This document shows positions 50,947 through 63,463 of a DNA stretch of 64,000 bases, one piece after another. A model generated the notes under the pieces. It saw only the letters and a program-made list of their open reading frames with translations, ran no database searches and was not told the DNA's origin. The stretch comes from Eutreptiella sp. 'Long Island Sound 2002' (lineage: Eukaryota; Protista; Euglenida). The stretch lies in contig OZ038378.1 of NCBI GenBank assembly GCA_964036045.1, positions 13,826,001 through 13,890,000 of the forward strand, given 5' to 3'. How positions within the stretch are numbered: the stretch's first letter is position 1; every line of letters starts with the position of its first letter. The position numbers and the translations under genes were made by a program.

Positions 50947-52223
50947 GTGTGTCGGCTACCAACCATCGATCCCCACGCCCGAAGCCCGTCCGTGCACACG
51001 TATGACATGCAGCGGGCATCAAGGGCACCAAGACGGCATACGAAAGGCAGGCAAAGGGCCTGCCAAGGGCACACAGGAGGTACACGAAGGGCATGCAAAT
51101 GGCATAAACACGGCATGAGCAGTGGGTTCCCGTCGCTCCACGTGAGGTATGGTCGTTGGGAACCGCACTCGCCACCCCGTCCAGGCGTTTGGAGGGCGGC
51201 ATGGGTCCGGGTTGCGGCACATTTGCACTTAGGAACAGAACCATTGGGCTCTGAAAGGGGTGGCACACATCACACGGCAGAGAGAATTCGTGGGATGGGA
51301 GCGGGGTTGGCGTCTGAAGGGCTGTGCTGGACTCAAACGACCCTGTGCAGCCTCTTATTTTGCCGCTCTGAAGGACCAGCTGCCGTGCGCTGTGGGGTGT
51401 GGATCTGGACGCCGGTGGCGCAGGAGTGTCCCACCTCTCTATGGGGGCTGCTTTGCACGTGCAGTGCGAACATTCTGGATGCTGCAACACCCTGGCCTCG
51501 CATGCAGCATCGTGTTGCAGCATGTGATGCCCTATAGTAATGCACACTATTCCCAGCTGAGCCCCCGTGTTGTCTTGTGTGTGTTGGATCATCGCGGTTT
51601 GCATTGGGGTCCACAACAGGCACCCGGTGGCCATGAAGGTAAGGTATGACACCACTGATCATGCTCTCCCTTTGGGCTGATGACGGGTGTTCAGGCTTGT
51701 TGAAGGCCTTGCAAAGGGTCATTGTGGTTTGTTCGCGATTGTTGCAAAGGCCAATGGGCAGACAGGGGCAGGGGAGGCTGTGCACACAGGTGTACCACTA
51801 CGCCCTTGGTGGATCAATACGGTCTGTCACACACCTGGCTTCCTCTGCTCATCGTGCTCTCGCCAGGCGACTGTGGCCGGGTGAGCCTCTGTACTGCCCC
51901 ATGCGAGTTCCGATCCCTACTGAACCCCAGTTTTCTGCTCATAAACCAACAATGCAGGTGCATGGCCATGGCCATATGCCCTGATGCTGTCGGGGTGCAC
52001 TCACTGCACCCCCGTGCCTGCGGTCACAGAACCACCCAGAGACTCACCGCTTCCAGCAACCCAATGCGATACACTGCACCCGATACACCTCCAAGACCTC
52101 CCAGTTGCAGCCAGAGTCCGCAGCCCAAGTCAAAGGGGGTCCCTTCCTGCAGCATCGCTTCCAACACGAGGTTGCATGGCAGGGCAGGGCAGGGCAGCGT
52201 AGCTGCGAACCATTTTCTGTCAG

Positions 52224-52350
52224 AGGCTGCGAAGCTCATGGTGGAGTATGTGCCACAAGTCACTTTCTTGCCGCGGAGTCTGAATCTCGTGGACGAAGGC
52301 ATGTGGCCATTCTCTACGCAGCCCCTGTACTGCAGTGCGCAGCCACTCAA
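52224..52350 (+). CDS. MBTPS1: S1P exon 12 (EAAKLMVEYVPQVTFLPRSLNLVDEGMWPFSTQPLYCSAQPL)
   Basis: Matches S1P YKPQASLSP...YMWPYCSQPIY; gtcag/gtattg. Confidence 0.9.
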
Positions 52351-53599
52351 GTATTGCCTCGCCCCCTGCTCCGCGCGCCTGTGAGGCCCTAAGCCGGGCG
52401 TCGATCATGCCGAGGGTGGGGATGCAACTGCTGTGGGTCGCCGCCTGGGAGGCCGATGGTGCCACAGAATCTGCACACCCAGAGCCCGTGCCGGGATGTT
52501 CGACAATTTCGCCCGCTCGACGGAGGAGGTTGTTATTGTGGCGAAGATTGATGGTCCTTCAGAACGCGCCAATGCGCACTGCTGTATGCGTGTGTGCACC
52601 GCCGTTGTGTGCCAGTCAAGTGCACTCCCGACTGCGCCTCGCAAGCCCCTGGACCTCTTCTTTGAACTAGGCAGAGAGGCAGCAGGAGTTTGCGCCATCA
52701 AGCCCCCACTGTCTGGGCCACATGCACGTCTCCGCTACTGTTGGTGTTCCTCAGGCAACGTGGGGATGGTGGGGCGGAAAAGAAGCGCACGCATGGCTGC
52801 CACTCCTTTCCTGGGGGTAGGCCAAGTGCTGTACCTCCTGCCAAAAATGTGGGTGCTTGCCCTGTTCATTTGATTTTATTTGACCCCCTCCTCCCCTCTG
52901 TGACAAAGCAAAGCCCTGGTGCAGTCCCCCATTGCCTGTGTGGTCCCCTGCTGCCGGTATGCAACTCTTGAGCCTGTGTGCAGTCACCTGCTGTATTAGG
53001 GGCTTAAATGTTTTGTGAAACACAGGAACGTGTGCAAGACAGCTTGTGCTTGTTTCTCCCAATCACTTTGCTCATGTCTGGTTAGCTGCAAGACCATGAA
53101 ACACACGAACATCTGAAAGTGCATTTGTAAGTATCAAATGGCTCTTGTGCATGTGCGGTGAATTGGAAGTGTCTAGTGTAGGCCTCGTGCGACCGGCAGT
53201 TACCGCACGGATAAGTTATAGATAATTGGCCAAATCGCAGGTTCCAACCTCCAATATTTGTAGGTTCCAATCTCTAACATGTATGTTTGGCCAATACAAG
53301 GAAGCATGCTACACCACCCATATCTCCCAAGTGTTCTTATTCATGTGCTATGTGTGCATAGTGTTACTCATTACTACTTTTTATTGTTATTTCGCATATG
53401 CTACATTGTACTCTCTAGTATCATGATCATTGTACATTTCATTCTTGCTGTTCCCTTTTGTCCATGTTGGAGGGATATACCTCCAGCTTAGCTATCTAGA
53501 GCGTAGTATTTAGTCCATTTCAAGTCTACAAATTCTCTGCATTTCGCAACTGTGCCCATGCACCAACCGGTGGGACTGGTCCCACTCCAAAACCAAAGT

Positions 53600-54400
53600 T
53601 AGTTCGTGATGCTTGGTGTATTTCCTAGTGAGGACCATAAGAGCAGGCCATTCCTTGTGTGTGTGGCCGCCCCAAATTGACAAGATCCAACGCTTGGCCC
53701 ACTTCATCGATTTTTGTGGGACGTTAAATAACATCATTATAAAGGCTGTGGATGCCATCAAGCTTTGGGGTACGAATTTCAAGGATTGTGTACACCGCCT
53801 CCTTCGAAGCTGTTTTCCCCTTGACGACCCAATGCCAACATCAGCAGGCCTATTGGATCGCCGAACATGACTGTTGGCAGTCACTTTTGATGCTACCAAC
53901 ACCAAGGCCAAATTGTGATCTTTGGAGGAGATATCCAAGTTTTGGTGTTTAGGCGCAACGTACAGCGCCTGCAGTATAACCGCAAAAGGCATATTGCAGT
54001 TGCAGAATATGGTACAGCAAGCTTTGCAATGGAATGCGAATTCCAAGGGTTGCTCATTTACAGTGTGGTTGGGAAGTGTGTGTCTCTCACACTGTCACAA
54101 GCTGCCACAAAATCAATAAAGTTTAGCCTAAAACATCTTGTAGATGATCATTAACATTTTCTGCGGCCAAAGTGTGTAGCTACCGAGATGTTGATTCGCC
54201 TTGTGGGCCCAATTTTGGCTGGTGCCCGAGTACATTGTGCATTATGCACCGCACTAGTGGTCCTTGTTATAGGCTCGATGCTTTCTTCGAGGAGGCAATG
54301 GAGATCAAAGCACTGGTGGCAGCACAATTACTAGAAAGATACATGCAGCTCCAGGAGTGTGGTGACCCATTTTTCCATCATTACCTCTAATAGTCAATCC
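53600..54400 (+). pseudogene. Possible decayed hAT-like transposase core
   Basis: LLAVTFDATNT and IVHYAPH fragments resemble the hAT xxTDxAxN and HCxAH motifs; many stops. Confidence 0.3.
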
Positions 54401-55488
54401 TCAAACAGACAATGATGATGCAAATGGTGCCCTAAAACGATGTTGTGCCCGAATGTGCCATAAAGCCCAAGTGGCAGTCCAAGATGACAAGGAGCAAACA
54501 TCTTGAGAGAGCAAATGTGTTGACATCTTGACCATGACTTCTATCAATCCAAGATCTTTTTCTTTGTCTTTCCTTTTTTCCACAGAATATTCATACAATG
54601 TCTCATTTGTGTTGCCTCTAAATATGTTGGGTGTTGTTGTGGTTGTGTGTATGTGTGTGCTGCAACCCACTACAGTCCCGCTTGCCTACTTGTCCCCAAA
54701 ACTAGTTATGCTTGTCCCCGTTTGTCCCAGAAAAAGATGATGCTTGTCTCCACACCAAGGCTAGTTGCAAAATGAGATGGTTTCGCAAACCCTTCTGTTG
54801 AAATAATATCGTTGCAATGGTTTTGTTTGTGATCCAGATAACAAACACCATAGCAATGCTGTTTTGGTTGTGTGTTTGACAAGTTCAGCTTGGTTGCTGC
54901 TCTCCACCAGCGAAAATGATGCATCACCTGCGATTGACATCACGTCATGTCATTCAAAGGCTACTGCATTCCGTTGTTGTCTGTAGGTAGTACCGTACTG
55001 TCGGTATGCGGTTCCTTGCTGCATGTGTGTAGTTCCCTGACGTCCATTCGTGCCATCGTCTCTGCACCATTTCTTTGTGTCATTTCTTTGCTCCACCCTG
55101 CCCCCTTCTTCCCTATTCTTTCCCACCTTTTGGTGAGTGACATCCCAAGGAAATTGGTCCTTGGCACGCAAACGCACCCATCAACAAATACTGGACAATG
55201 TAACACCAGCACCAACGATTTTGATTATCATTTCCTCATTTTACTTGTACCACACGGAAAATGTGGTACAATGTGCGCAAAAAGGCAATTCTTACAAGAA
55301 TTGACCTTTTTTTTGGAAATCGGGGGGTGGCGACATGCAACTACCCTGGGAAACTATTTTAGGGGCCGGGCCCTGCCCTTCCCTGCCCTGCCTGGCTTTG
55401 TCCTCTCCTCTGCGGCTGTGCCCTGCCCTCTTCTGCCATCCAAGTTCCTTGACACACGGAAAAAGTGTGTGCACTGTCTTGTAAACAG

Positions 55489-55673
55489 GTTTAACGTCAC
55501 CCTTCTCAACGGTTTGGGAGTCAAGGGGCGGGTGGTCGGTGTTCCGCAATGGGTCTCGACGCGGGGCCCGGATATTCTTGACGTCCGAGTGGACTACTCA
55601 GATCAATTGTGGCCCTGGTCCGGATACATGGCAATTGACTTGACCGTGAAGACCCAGGGCTGCAAACATGACG
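55489..55673 (+). CDS. MBTPS1: S1P exon 13 (FNVTLLNGLGVKGRVVGVPQW...QLWPWSGYMAIDLTVKTQGCKHD)
   Basis: NVTILNGMGV and LWPWSGYLA equivalents; aacag/gtgtgc. Confidence 0.95.
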
Positions 55674-56177
55674 GTGTGCCTCCGCCCATACCAATAGAAT
55701 GTTGGATCGAGAATGCAAAACGTGGCACGTGACGTGCGAGATGTTGGCTGTGTGGCGTGAGGTTTGAGCTATGGAATGTGGGATGTGGGGTGTGGGATGT
55801 GGGGTGTGGGGTGTGGGAGTTCTGGGACGTAGGAGATTGAAGGTGTCTGGGGCACGATAATGGGACCCAGCGTTGGAACCGGTGGTTGTCCCCAGTAACA
55901 CCGAGAGGGGTTGCATGGAACGCCAGAAGAGCCTCATATCCTAAGCCCCACGGTCTGAAAGTCCATGTACGCGCTACTCCACAGAGCAGCCCGTCATTGC
56001 CCACAGGGAGAAGCCAGCGAGCAAACCATGCCAAGAAGGCAGGCAAATGTTCGGTTGGTGGCATGTGCAGGGACGCAAACGTTTCTGGCGGCGCCAAGAA
56101 GAAGAAACCCTCATTTCTCTTTATTCTTACTGCGTTCTTGTATTAGAGGAGCCCAATAGCGCTCAGAATCACCGGAA

Positions 56178-56450
56178 TTATACAACACGATGGTCTGAAG
56201 GGGCAAGGGTTCTGGTGGGTGCCCCAGCAGCACGTGCGAAATCGTACAGGAAGAGCCAAGGAAACACTTTGGCCTCGAGTTGTGGGTCTCTATCCGTAAT
56301 CTTCAAAACTGACCATATGCGATTCAAATCATTTCCATACGATGGCCAGCACGCGCCTCTGCAGAGCTCACTGCGTTTATCAGTGGGTTGAGTCCATGCC
56401 CCTTTTGCATGTCTTATCTGGGCTGCGATGGGGCACTTCTGCACTCACTC
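56178..56450 (-). mobile_element. Possible Helitron Rep remnant
   Basis: DRDPQLEAKVFPWLF resembles the ExxxFPxLFP motif preceding the Helitron Rep domain. Confidence 0.35.
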
Positions 56451-56580
56451 CCGGTATTACGTACCCGCAGCCTGCCACAGAAGTGAGGGCCCTCTCACAG
56501 CTCCCCAACTCCTCGGCATATTTCCGTCGGTTCCTCGCCTTGGACGGCTTTTCCACCGATGTACTCCTTGCTGTCTTCAG

Positions 56581-56653
56581 GGATCGTTGAGGGTGAATTG
56601 ATGGTAACAGTGGAATCGCACGTGCAGCGGCTCACTTCTGATCTGCAAAAAGA
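56581..56653 (+). CDS. MBTPS1: S1P exon 14 (GIVEGELMVTVESHVQRLTSDLQK)
   Basis: Matches S1P EGIAQGHVMITVAS; ttcag acceptor, gtaggt donor (phase 2); 3' end less certain. Confidence 0.75.
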
Positions 56654-57691
56654 CGTAGGTATTTCGCTGCACTCGCTCAGTGCACCGGCTGCGGTACGCG
56701 CTGATACGGGCTCCTCTTGAATTGAGATTTCCGGTACTCGGGCATGCGAAGGGCCTGCAAAGGCCTTGCAAGTCGTGCAAAGAGCATGCAAGGGGCATAC
56801 AGAGTTCCAATCACATACATAAGCACAGCGTTGATGACGCTGCAAGTAGAAGCGCTCATGCAACCGGCGGCTCCAGCAGTGCCCACGATATTTCGGGATT
56901 ACCTACCTTACCTGTGTCGATATTAGCTGCATCCACATTACGTGCACAATGGCCTTTCTCCCCACAAGGTTGATTCACAGCAGAGAACATCCCATTCCAA
57001 CATGTGCAATTGCATTCATGGATCAAGGGCTGCACCCGTATCGACCCGTATGGACAGGGTGCACCCATTTTGTGCTGGACCCGGCTCTGATCCGACCTGT
57101 AATCGTGAATGCTCACTGTGGGATGCGGGTGTTCTGGGGCAGAAGGTTAGTTTTAGGTGATACACATGCACACAGCATGGCACCGTAGACAGGCAGAAGC
57201 TAAATCTCGCACAGGAAGCAGCCGACTGTGTACCAGCACCAGGGATCTACCCGGCAGCAGTCGTCAACGCGCACTGTAAATCGGAATCGGGGTGCCGGGT
57301 GACCCTACCCAACCTCTCGGGGGAGACAGTAGTTTTGGGGGCTTGGTACCGGGGCAGGGACATGGCGACAGGATTGTTCCCCACTGGGCCACCCTACCCA
57401 GCCGCAATGTTGGGCTGACGCTTAAAGGGCTTGTTGCTGAGGCATGGGCATGAAAGGAGTTATGCATGATGGCCAGAGGGGCATTGCTATGCACACAGAC
57501 AGCAGGCAACTACACACAGTCAGCGGGGCTCTGTCAGCAGCGGGCTCCATCCTCGCATGTGAAGCAAGCTTTTTGCATAACCCATCGACACGACTCATGA
57601 AAACAGGTTTTGGCGGACCAGCGGTCATTGTATTTGCGCGCGCGCGCGCGTGCGTGTGTGTGTGTGTGCAACACCAAGTTCGATTCTACAG

Positions 57692-57711
57692 ATGGGTCAC
57701 AGCTTCCACAG
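57692..57711 (+). CDS. MBTPS1: Candidate 20-nt S1P micro-exon (T-WVTAST-G)
   Basis: tacag/gttccg boundaries supply the phase 2 to 1 bridge needed between 56653 and 58305; no homology support. Confidence 0.3.
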
Positions 57712-58304
57712 GTTCCGGATTCCGATCCCCCGTGCCTATTACCCACAAAGTCACCATACCCCATCTACACCTCCAGCCCCTGGGAGCCCTCCTCCGGCAT
57801 GTTGCCTGCTTTGGTCGAGCCGGACAGCCATTCAGTCGTGTTGGTCGGACAGCCATTCAGTCGTGTTGGTTGCTCTTGCAACATTGCCTCTGTAGCGGGG
57901 CCCTGTGGCGTGGTCAGAGAGGAGAGGTGGGGGTAAATGGAAGTGGAGAAGCGGGGGCGTGAGGGAAGAAAGGGGGGGATGGGTTGGGTGCCACAGGGTT
58001 GACCAGGGGAGGAGGGGGGGGGGGGCGGCGTTCCATAACGGCCGGTTGGGCGCCATGTAGTACACCCGGTGTGCAGTGCCATGTGTGTTTTGTGGGACCC
58101 GCTGTTGGTGATCGGGGTCGTTTGTGGGAGGGATGGGGGTTTGTTGCCGACACTGCTCACGCCACCGACCTGGCGAGCCCTGCCAGGGCCTTCACGCTTT
58201 ACATTTACGCCAGGGGTCGGGGGGTGGCAGCCACGCAGCGGGGGTTTTTCATTTGGCCAGCGCTGTTCTGTGTCGTGCTGCGTGCCCATGGTCTGCCATC
58301 TCAG

Positions 58305-58446
58305 GAGTCCCTGATGCCGAGGACGGCGTTGAATACGAAGGCCATGACATCGGCCAAGGGGACGCAGCGAATATAGACGAGTGTCATAAGATGTGCCGCC
58401 GGATGCCGCACAGTACTCACTGGACGTTTTCGAAGTATTACGCGCG
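58305..58446 (+). CDS. PAN/Apple-like domain exon A, probably part of S1P (GVPDAEDGVEYEGHDIGQGDAANIDECHKMCRRMPHSTHWTFSKYYAR)
   Basis: GVxYxGxDI...ECxxxC...WTF pattern of PAN_4/Apple domains; ctcag/gtgtgt, phase 1 to 2. Confidence 0.8.
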
Positions 58447-58794
58447 GTGTGTTCCGAGGGATGGCGTGGGACAGGGCAGGGGCTTGTGTGTAAGTCATGC
58501 ACTGTTTTTACTGCACAGCTGAGCAAATCCACCGGGGGTCAGCCCATTGTACTGGGCTGTCACGCACGTCCCCAAAGGGGCAGGTCAGCTGTGCAGAACC
58601 CGCAGGACTGCGAGAGGGTTGCGGAGAGAGCGTGGTCCTGGTGTGCGGGGACAGAGGAGGGGCAGCCCTGCCGGTCGGCGTGGGGGGGGGTCTAGTAATG
58701 AGGGGACGAGGGGGTGTTGTCCGTCTGTGGCACCCATGGGCCTGGGCATTGCGGTCTCGACTTTGCGGGCCGTCAGCACGTCTCGTATCTTCAG

Positions 58795-58868
58795 ATGCTA
58801 CTGCAAAAGTGCTGCATCTAAGCGCACCGCCGTTGAGGGCTACACCTCCGGGCCCGTAGTGCTTTCAG
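58795..58868 (+). CDS. PAN/Apple-like domain exon B (CYCKSAASKRTAVEGYTSGPVVLS)
   Basis: CxxK...GxxSGP C-terminus of Apple domains; ttcag/gtctgt; phase 2 to 1 joins exon A to the S1P exon at 61000 in frame. Confidence 0.8.
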
Positions 58869-60999
58869 GTCTGTTCGTGCGGGCGCGCGCCCATCACCTG
58901 CACCGCAAGGCACCGGCCCCCCCTCATCGCCGATGACTGTACGCCGCGTGCACCGCACAGCACGCCCTCGCCGCCCCCCCCCTACCGCCGACGTCGTACT
59001 TCCACTCCACTCCATTTGGATGAGGGGGCGGGGGGGGGCAGACGCCGGATGAGAGAGTCCCTCCCAAAACTCACAAATGGTGGTCATGCGCACGCCGGGG
59101 GCCACTCAGAGGCGGTGAGCCCACGGGCGTGCGTCTGCGATCAGACGTGCGAGGGACACAGTGGTCCGCGCGCTGAACGTACTTCAGGTGCCCGGAGCCC
59201 CAGGGCCCAGAGCCCCGGTGACTACCCCGAAGCCTCCGAAGGGGGGCGGGTACCCAAGACGGCGGAGGAAAGCGAAAACAGTGGCACGAGCGATGGGATC
59301 GCCTTGAGCCACACGCCGTTACGGGGCTTGTCCCCTCTGCAATCCTCTCGGGCCTGCACTCAGCCGCGCGGTGATACCAAACGGCAGCTCGGCCCACGCC
59401 ACGGAAACGGGTCAACAAGAGGCGGGCGGCCGCACAGCAGCCCCGTGAGGCCCCGGCAGGACCGTCACGGACTGTGCGTACGCCGAATCAAATCGTTGTG
59501 TACCGAGTGCTCATCGGAGGGGGGCTACTGCTGAGACACGTTGAATCTTTGTCGATGCCAGCTTGATAGTCGTAGGACACTAGGTGCAGAGAATGCTTGT
59601 ACTCCACGTACTTTGTTCACTGCAGCGAAAGGCGCCTATGACATGTCACTGAAGAGCTTTCCTCTTTGACTTTTGCTTTGCACTTCTGCTTTGTGCTGAA
59701 CAGCGCCGGTCGTGCACACGCATCTGTATCCCATAGCGGGGTACCCAGGCCATCTGCGCTGTCAATGTCTTGATCGCCGCCTCAAAACAAGTGGTCCACA
59801 ACGCACTTGACTCGTCCAAGTCGATGGACGTCCCTCCGCCGGGAGACGAGACGCACGGTTGTACGGAGGATCTTGAGGCCATACCCCTCCCTTGCCCCCC
59901 CCCCCCCAGCGCCCGCCCCCCTCCGCTGGCAGGCTACCCCCCCCCCGCGCCATGAGCGTTTTCCTGCCCACGTGGGCCCATGGGGGCACTCTCGTGGCTG
60001 AGCCTGTGAGCCTGCAGGACCACGGCCGCCGCTGCCTCGAGTACACCTCCGGCGGGGGTGTGCGCATTGAGGGATGCACTGCAGCCCATTGGGCCCTGTG
60101 CTGGACTGCGAAATCTGGTCATGTTCAGGAATCTTTGGAATCCCTCGATGACCGTTGTGCGTTGTGCTGTGGCATGCCCCGCACGTCATCCAGTCTTCCT
60201 TCGCCTGGCCCACCGCGTAGCAAACGTGCCACAGAGCCCCCCCCCCCCCCCACCAAAAAAACATCTGCGATGCGTCGTGTGAGATATTTGCAACTTCTTG
60301 GAGCGTACCGCACGTGTATTTCAGTGGTAGCGGCGATGCATCCTCGGGTCAGAGTGCGGGAGTGCCGGGCAGCATCGTCATGTGCAGTCTGCCGTCGCGT
60401 TTCCTGGAGCTGAGGTTTTACAGTGGGAAGTGGGGGCATCGGCTGGGACGGGAGGGGCGGCGTGCAGTTCCTGTTAGCAGTCATAAAGACACGGGTGGCT
60501 GTGCTGTCCAGTACTGCCAGGCACTGACAAACATATGCGCAGTCACACCCCAGCCCTCCCCTTGCGCAAGCACGGCGTTGTGTGACCGCCGCCTTTGCGG
60601 TGAATGTCACATGAAACATGACGCCGATGTGAGTCCAGCGACTCCGAAAGAGGGGCCGGGTCACGCATGTGACGCATGTGTCACGCATGCTCATGACACT
60701 CTACCTTGGAGGGCACCCATTTTCCGCACCGCGGATTGGGACCGGCGACAGGTCTATATTAAGGCTGGGCTTTGTTGACAGAGGCTTGTCGTACATATGA
60801 ATGGCCTCGTCGAAGCCCCGTCTGACCATTGGGTTCCCAGATTTCGGCCGAGAAGGGGAGGAGATGCGCATGCTCTTAATTTTGCAGGGGTGACCTAAAC
60901 CCAGGGGTGGCCTGTCCCTCTTTGGGTGTCGCTGACCGCGCCCTGCGGGGCCCTGGTTACCTCCACTGCACCTCTATGCCCTTCCCCGCTTTGCCTCAG

Positions 61000-61110
61000 G
61001 TGTAGTGACGGGCACTGCCACACTCCCCATCCGAGTGCATGTCGTGCCACCTCCGGCCCGGCGTTTGAGAATTTTGTGGGATCAGTTCCACAGCATTCAG
61101 TATCCACCAG
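61000..61110 (+). CDS. MBTPS1: S1P exon (GVVTGTATLPIRVHVVPPPARRLRILWDQFHSIQYPP)
   Basis: Matches S1P [32 protein letters not shown]; ctcag/gtgcct. Confidence 0.95.
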
Positions 61111-61135
61111 GTGCCTCCGTTGCGGCACCGCTGCC

Positions 61136-62135
61136 CAGGGGAGGGGCGACATGCTAATTCTCGACAGAGGGTATAGTTTGGCCAAACTACCCCGTTTTTT
61201 CGAAGGGGCTGAAAAATTTGGTTAACACCCGTTTCGCACATTTGAGTTTTGTTGATTTCTCCCTGCTTGCCACCGGTCCCCGGGTCCCAATTTCTGCACC
61301 CCGCAGCCCCTGCTGTCACACCAGCAATTTTTAATTTTTAGTCTGATGCTTGCCAGAGGTCTCAGAGTCCCAATTTCTGCACCCTGCAGCTCCTGCTGTC
61401 ATACCCGGGATTTTTAATTTTTAGTCTGATGCTTGCCAAAGGTCCCAGGGTCCCAATTTCCGCACCCCGTACCAGCAACCCGCAGTACCGCAACCGCAAG
61501 CAGCACACCAGCTGCAAAGCGGAAAAACTTGTCGGCCCCAAGTGTTGCGGCCAAGCAGCGCAAGACACAAGGCAGTGAAGGCGTACAGTCCCTGCATGTT
61601 GAATGTTACATGTGGGGCAAAAGTATCGCCACCGGCGGCCCCCCTAAAAATTTCCGCCGGTGTGCCAAAAATGGTGAGGCCGACCTACCGCAAAAAAAAA
61701 TCTGTCCCCAAAGTACTTTGTTGCATGACTCAAGCCCTGTTGCATGGCGGGAATACCCCAGCTCGGGTCACAAGGCGGAGCAGTCCCGGCACGTGCCCAG
61801 ATTAGCCGTGGAGTGACGCCACAAGAGAACTTTGTGAGCAACAGCCACACATCAGACTAAAAATTAAAAATTCCTGGTACGACAGCAGGGGCTGCAGGGT
61901 GCAGAAATTGTGGCCCTGGGACCTGTGCCAAGCATCAGTCTAAACATTATAAATTCCAGTGAGGGTCACGCGGTGCTTTTTTGTCTTGGTTTTTGTTCAA
62001 TACAAAAACTGTCCCTTTTTTCAGCGGGCAGGTTTGAAATGTGCAAAAACCCCCCAAACTACCCCTTTTTTTGAGGGGGCTGAAAAATTTGGTTACCACC
62101 CCCATGTGCAAAACTTGCATGTCGCCCCCCCCCTG
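61136..62135. mobile_element. 1000-bp non-autonomous hAT element with 19-bp TIRs and perfect 8-bp TSD
   Basis: TIR CAGGGGAGGGGCGACATGC versus CAGGGGGGGGGCGACATGC (18/19); TSD CCGCTGCC at 61128-61135 and 62136-62143; internal ~75-bp repeats present in inverted orientation. Confidence 0.92.
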
Positions 62136-63463
62136 CCGCTGCCTCTGGCATAATGGCTCCTCTTGGGGCTCGACCATTTTGTGTCTACGTGGGAGGCAGT
62201 GGGCATCGGCAGTGGTAGTGTGTCTGGCGTGGGAGTTGTGGCCATGAGAGTTGTGGTAATGAAAATGTGGGGTGCGTGAGGGGGCAGGGAGGTCCTCGAA
62301 GGACCCGACAACCAGGGGCATTGAGATGAAGCAGCGAGGGTTCTGGGAGCAACTAAGAAGACGTCCAAAGGTTCCGTGCCGGGCGTGGCCTGTGGCAAAA
62401 CGATGGAGCCCATCGGGGACGCCACAATGTAGATCATGGGACATTGGCTGGGGCTGGAACTGGGCATCACCTCAGCACCTACTGCCACCCCTTCAGTCAT
62501 GCACCAAGGGTAGCACTATGGCGATGTGCTGTGCCGTGCTTTAGACTACGCAGTGCACCGGAAGCGACCAACAGACTCATGCGCCAGGGCACACGGAGGC
62601 CGGCTTCCGGCATGTGGGTGAGAGTGGTTGGTTCTCATCCAGGAGGTCGCAGCGGCCGCCATCTCTTGGTGTCTCTTTTACACCCCATTTTGCTGCTGAA
62701 CACTCGTTCTTTTCATCCTCTTTGCCATGGGCCGGTCGCAGGACCTGTTTGCCCCAACAGGGCATGTGTGTTGGGAAGGTGGATGGCATCACAGCAAAGA
62801 TTTGCCCACCCATGAATCACATGCACACCACAGGAGTGCACAACACCGGAGGTATGTAGTTGATGGTCAACTTAAAGAGTCGCATCTACGGGGTTGCCTA
62901 GAGACGACCTGTGGCGATACCTCCGGGGCGAAAGTGAAAGCAGTGCGAGGCAAGCGAGCAAGGCTTGTCTTTGATGGGGTACCTGCAGCCTCCTTTCAAA
63001 AGAGAAGGCTGCCCTCCAGCTGCCGCTGTGAGGGCAACAGCACGGAAATCGAAGAATGGGACGCCTATGGCCCCACCGGTGTAAGGAGGGAGAGCAAGTC
63101 AGAGAAGAGAGCGGCCGTGAGGGCATCAGGCAGGCGCTACTTGGTTGTGCAGACCCCACCGCAACACCGAAGGACTGCAACGCAAATGACATGCCATTAC
63201 CAGAACGAAGTGGGGACGTGGCTTTATTCTTGGTTGGGTGTGTCCGTAGTATCGGGGGCAGAAGGAGGACAGTAATGCAGGGGTGGTGGAACTGAAGGGG
63301 GGAGGGGCCCTAATGCAAGCCCAGTGGAGGCCTAAATCCAAGGCCAAGCCCCACAGCACCAGACATGGCACCAGCCCCAGCCCCAGTGCCAGACCTGGGG
63401 CCGGGCCAGTGGGATTGCCGTCAGCTGGGCTTTGGCTCCGATTGCCTGCTTGGCATTTGTCAG

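Noticed and set aside
50693-51655. 320-aa - strand ORF, and other long ORFs (23181-24023, 27457-28308, 37341-38099, 57765-58532, 63126-63905)
   Set aside because: No recognisable domains outside the real exons they overlap or shadow; explained by GC-rich sequence
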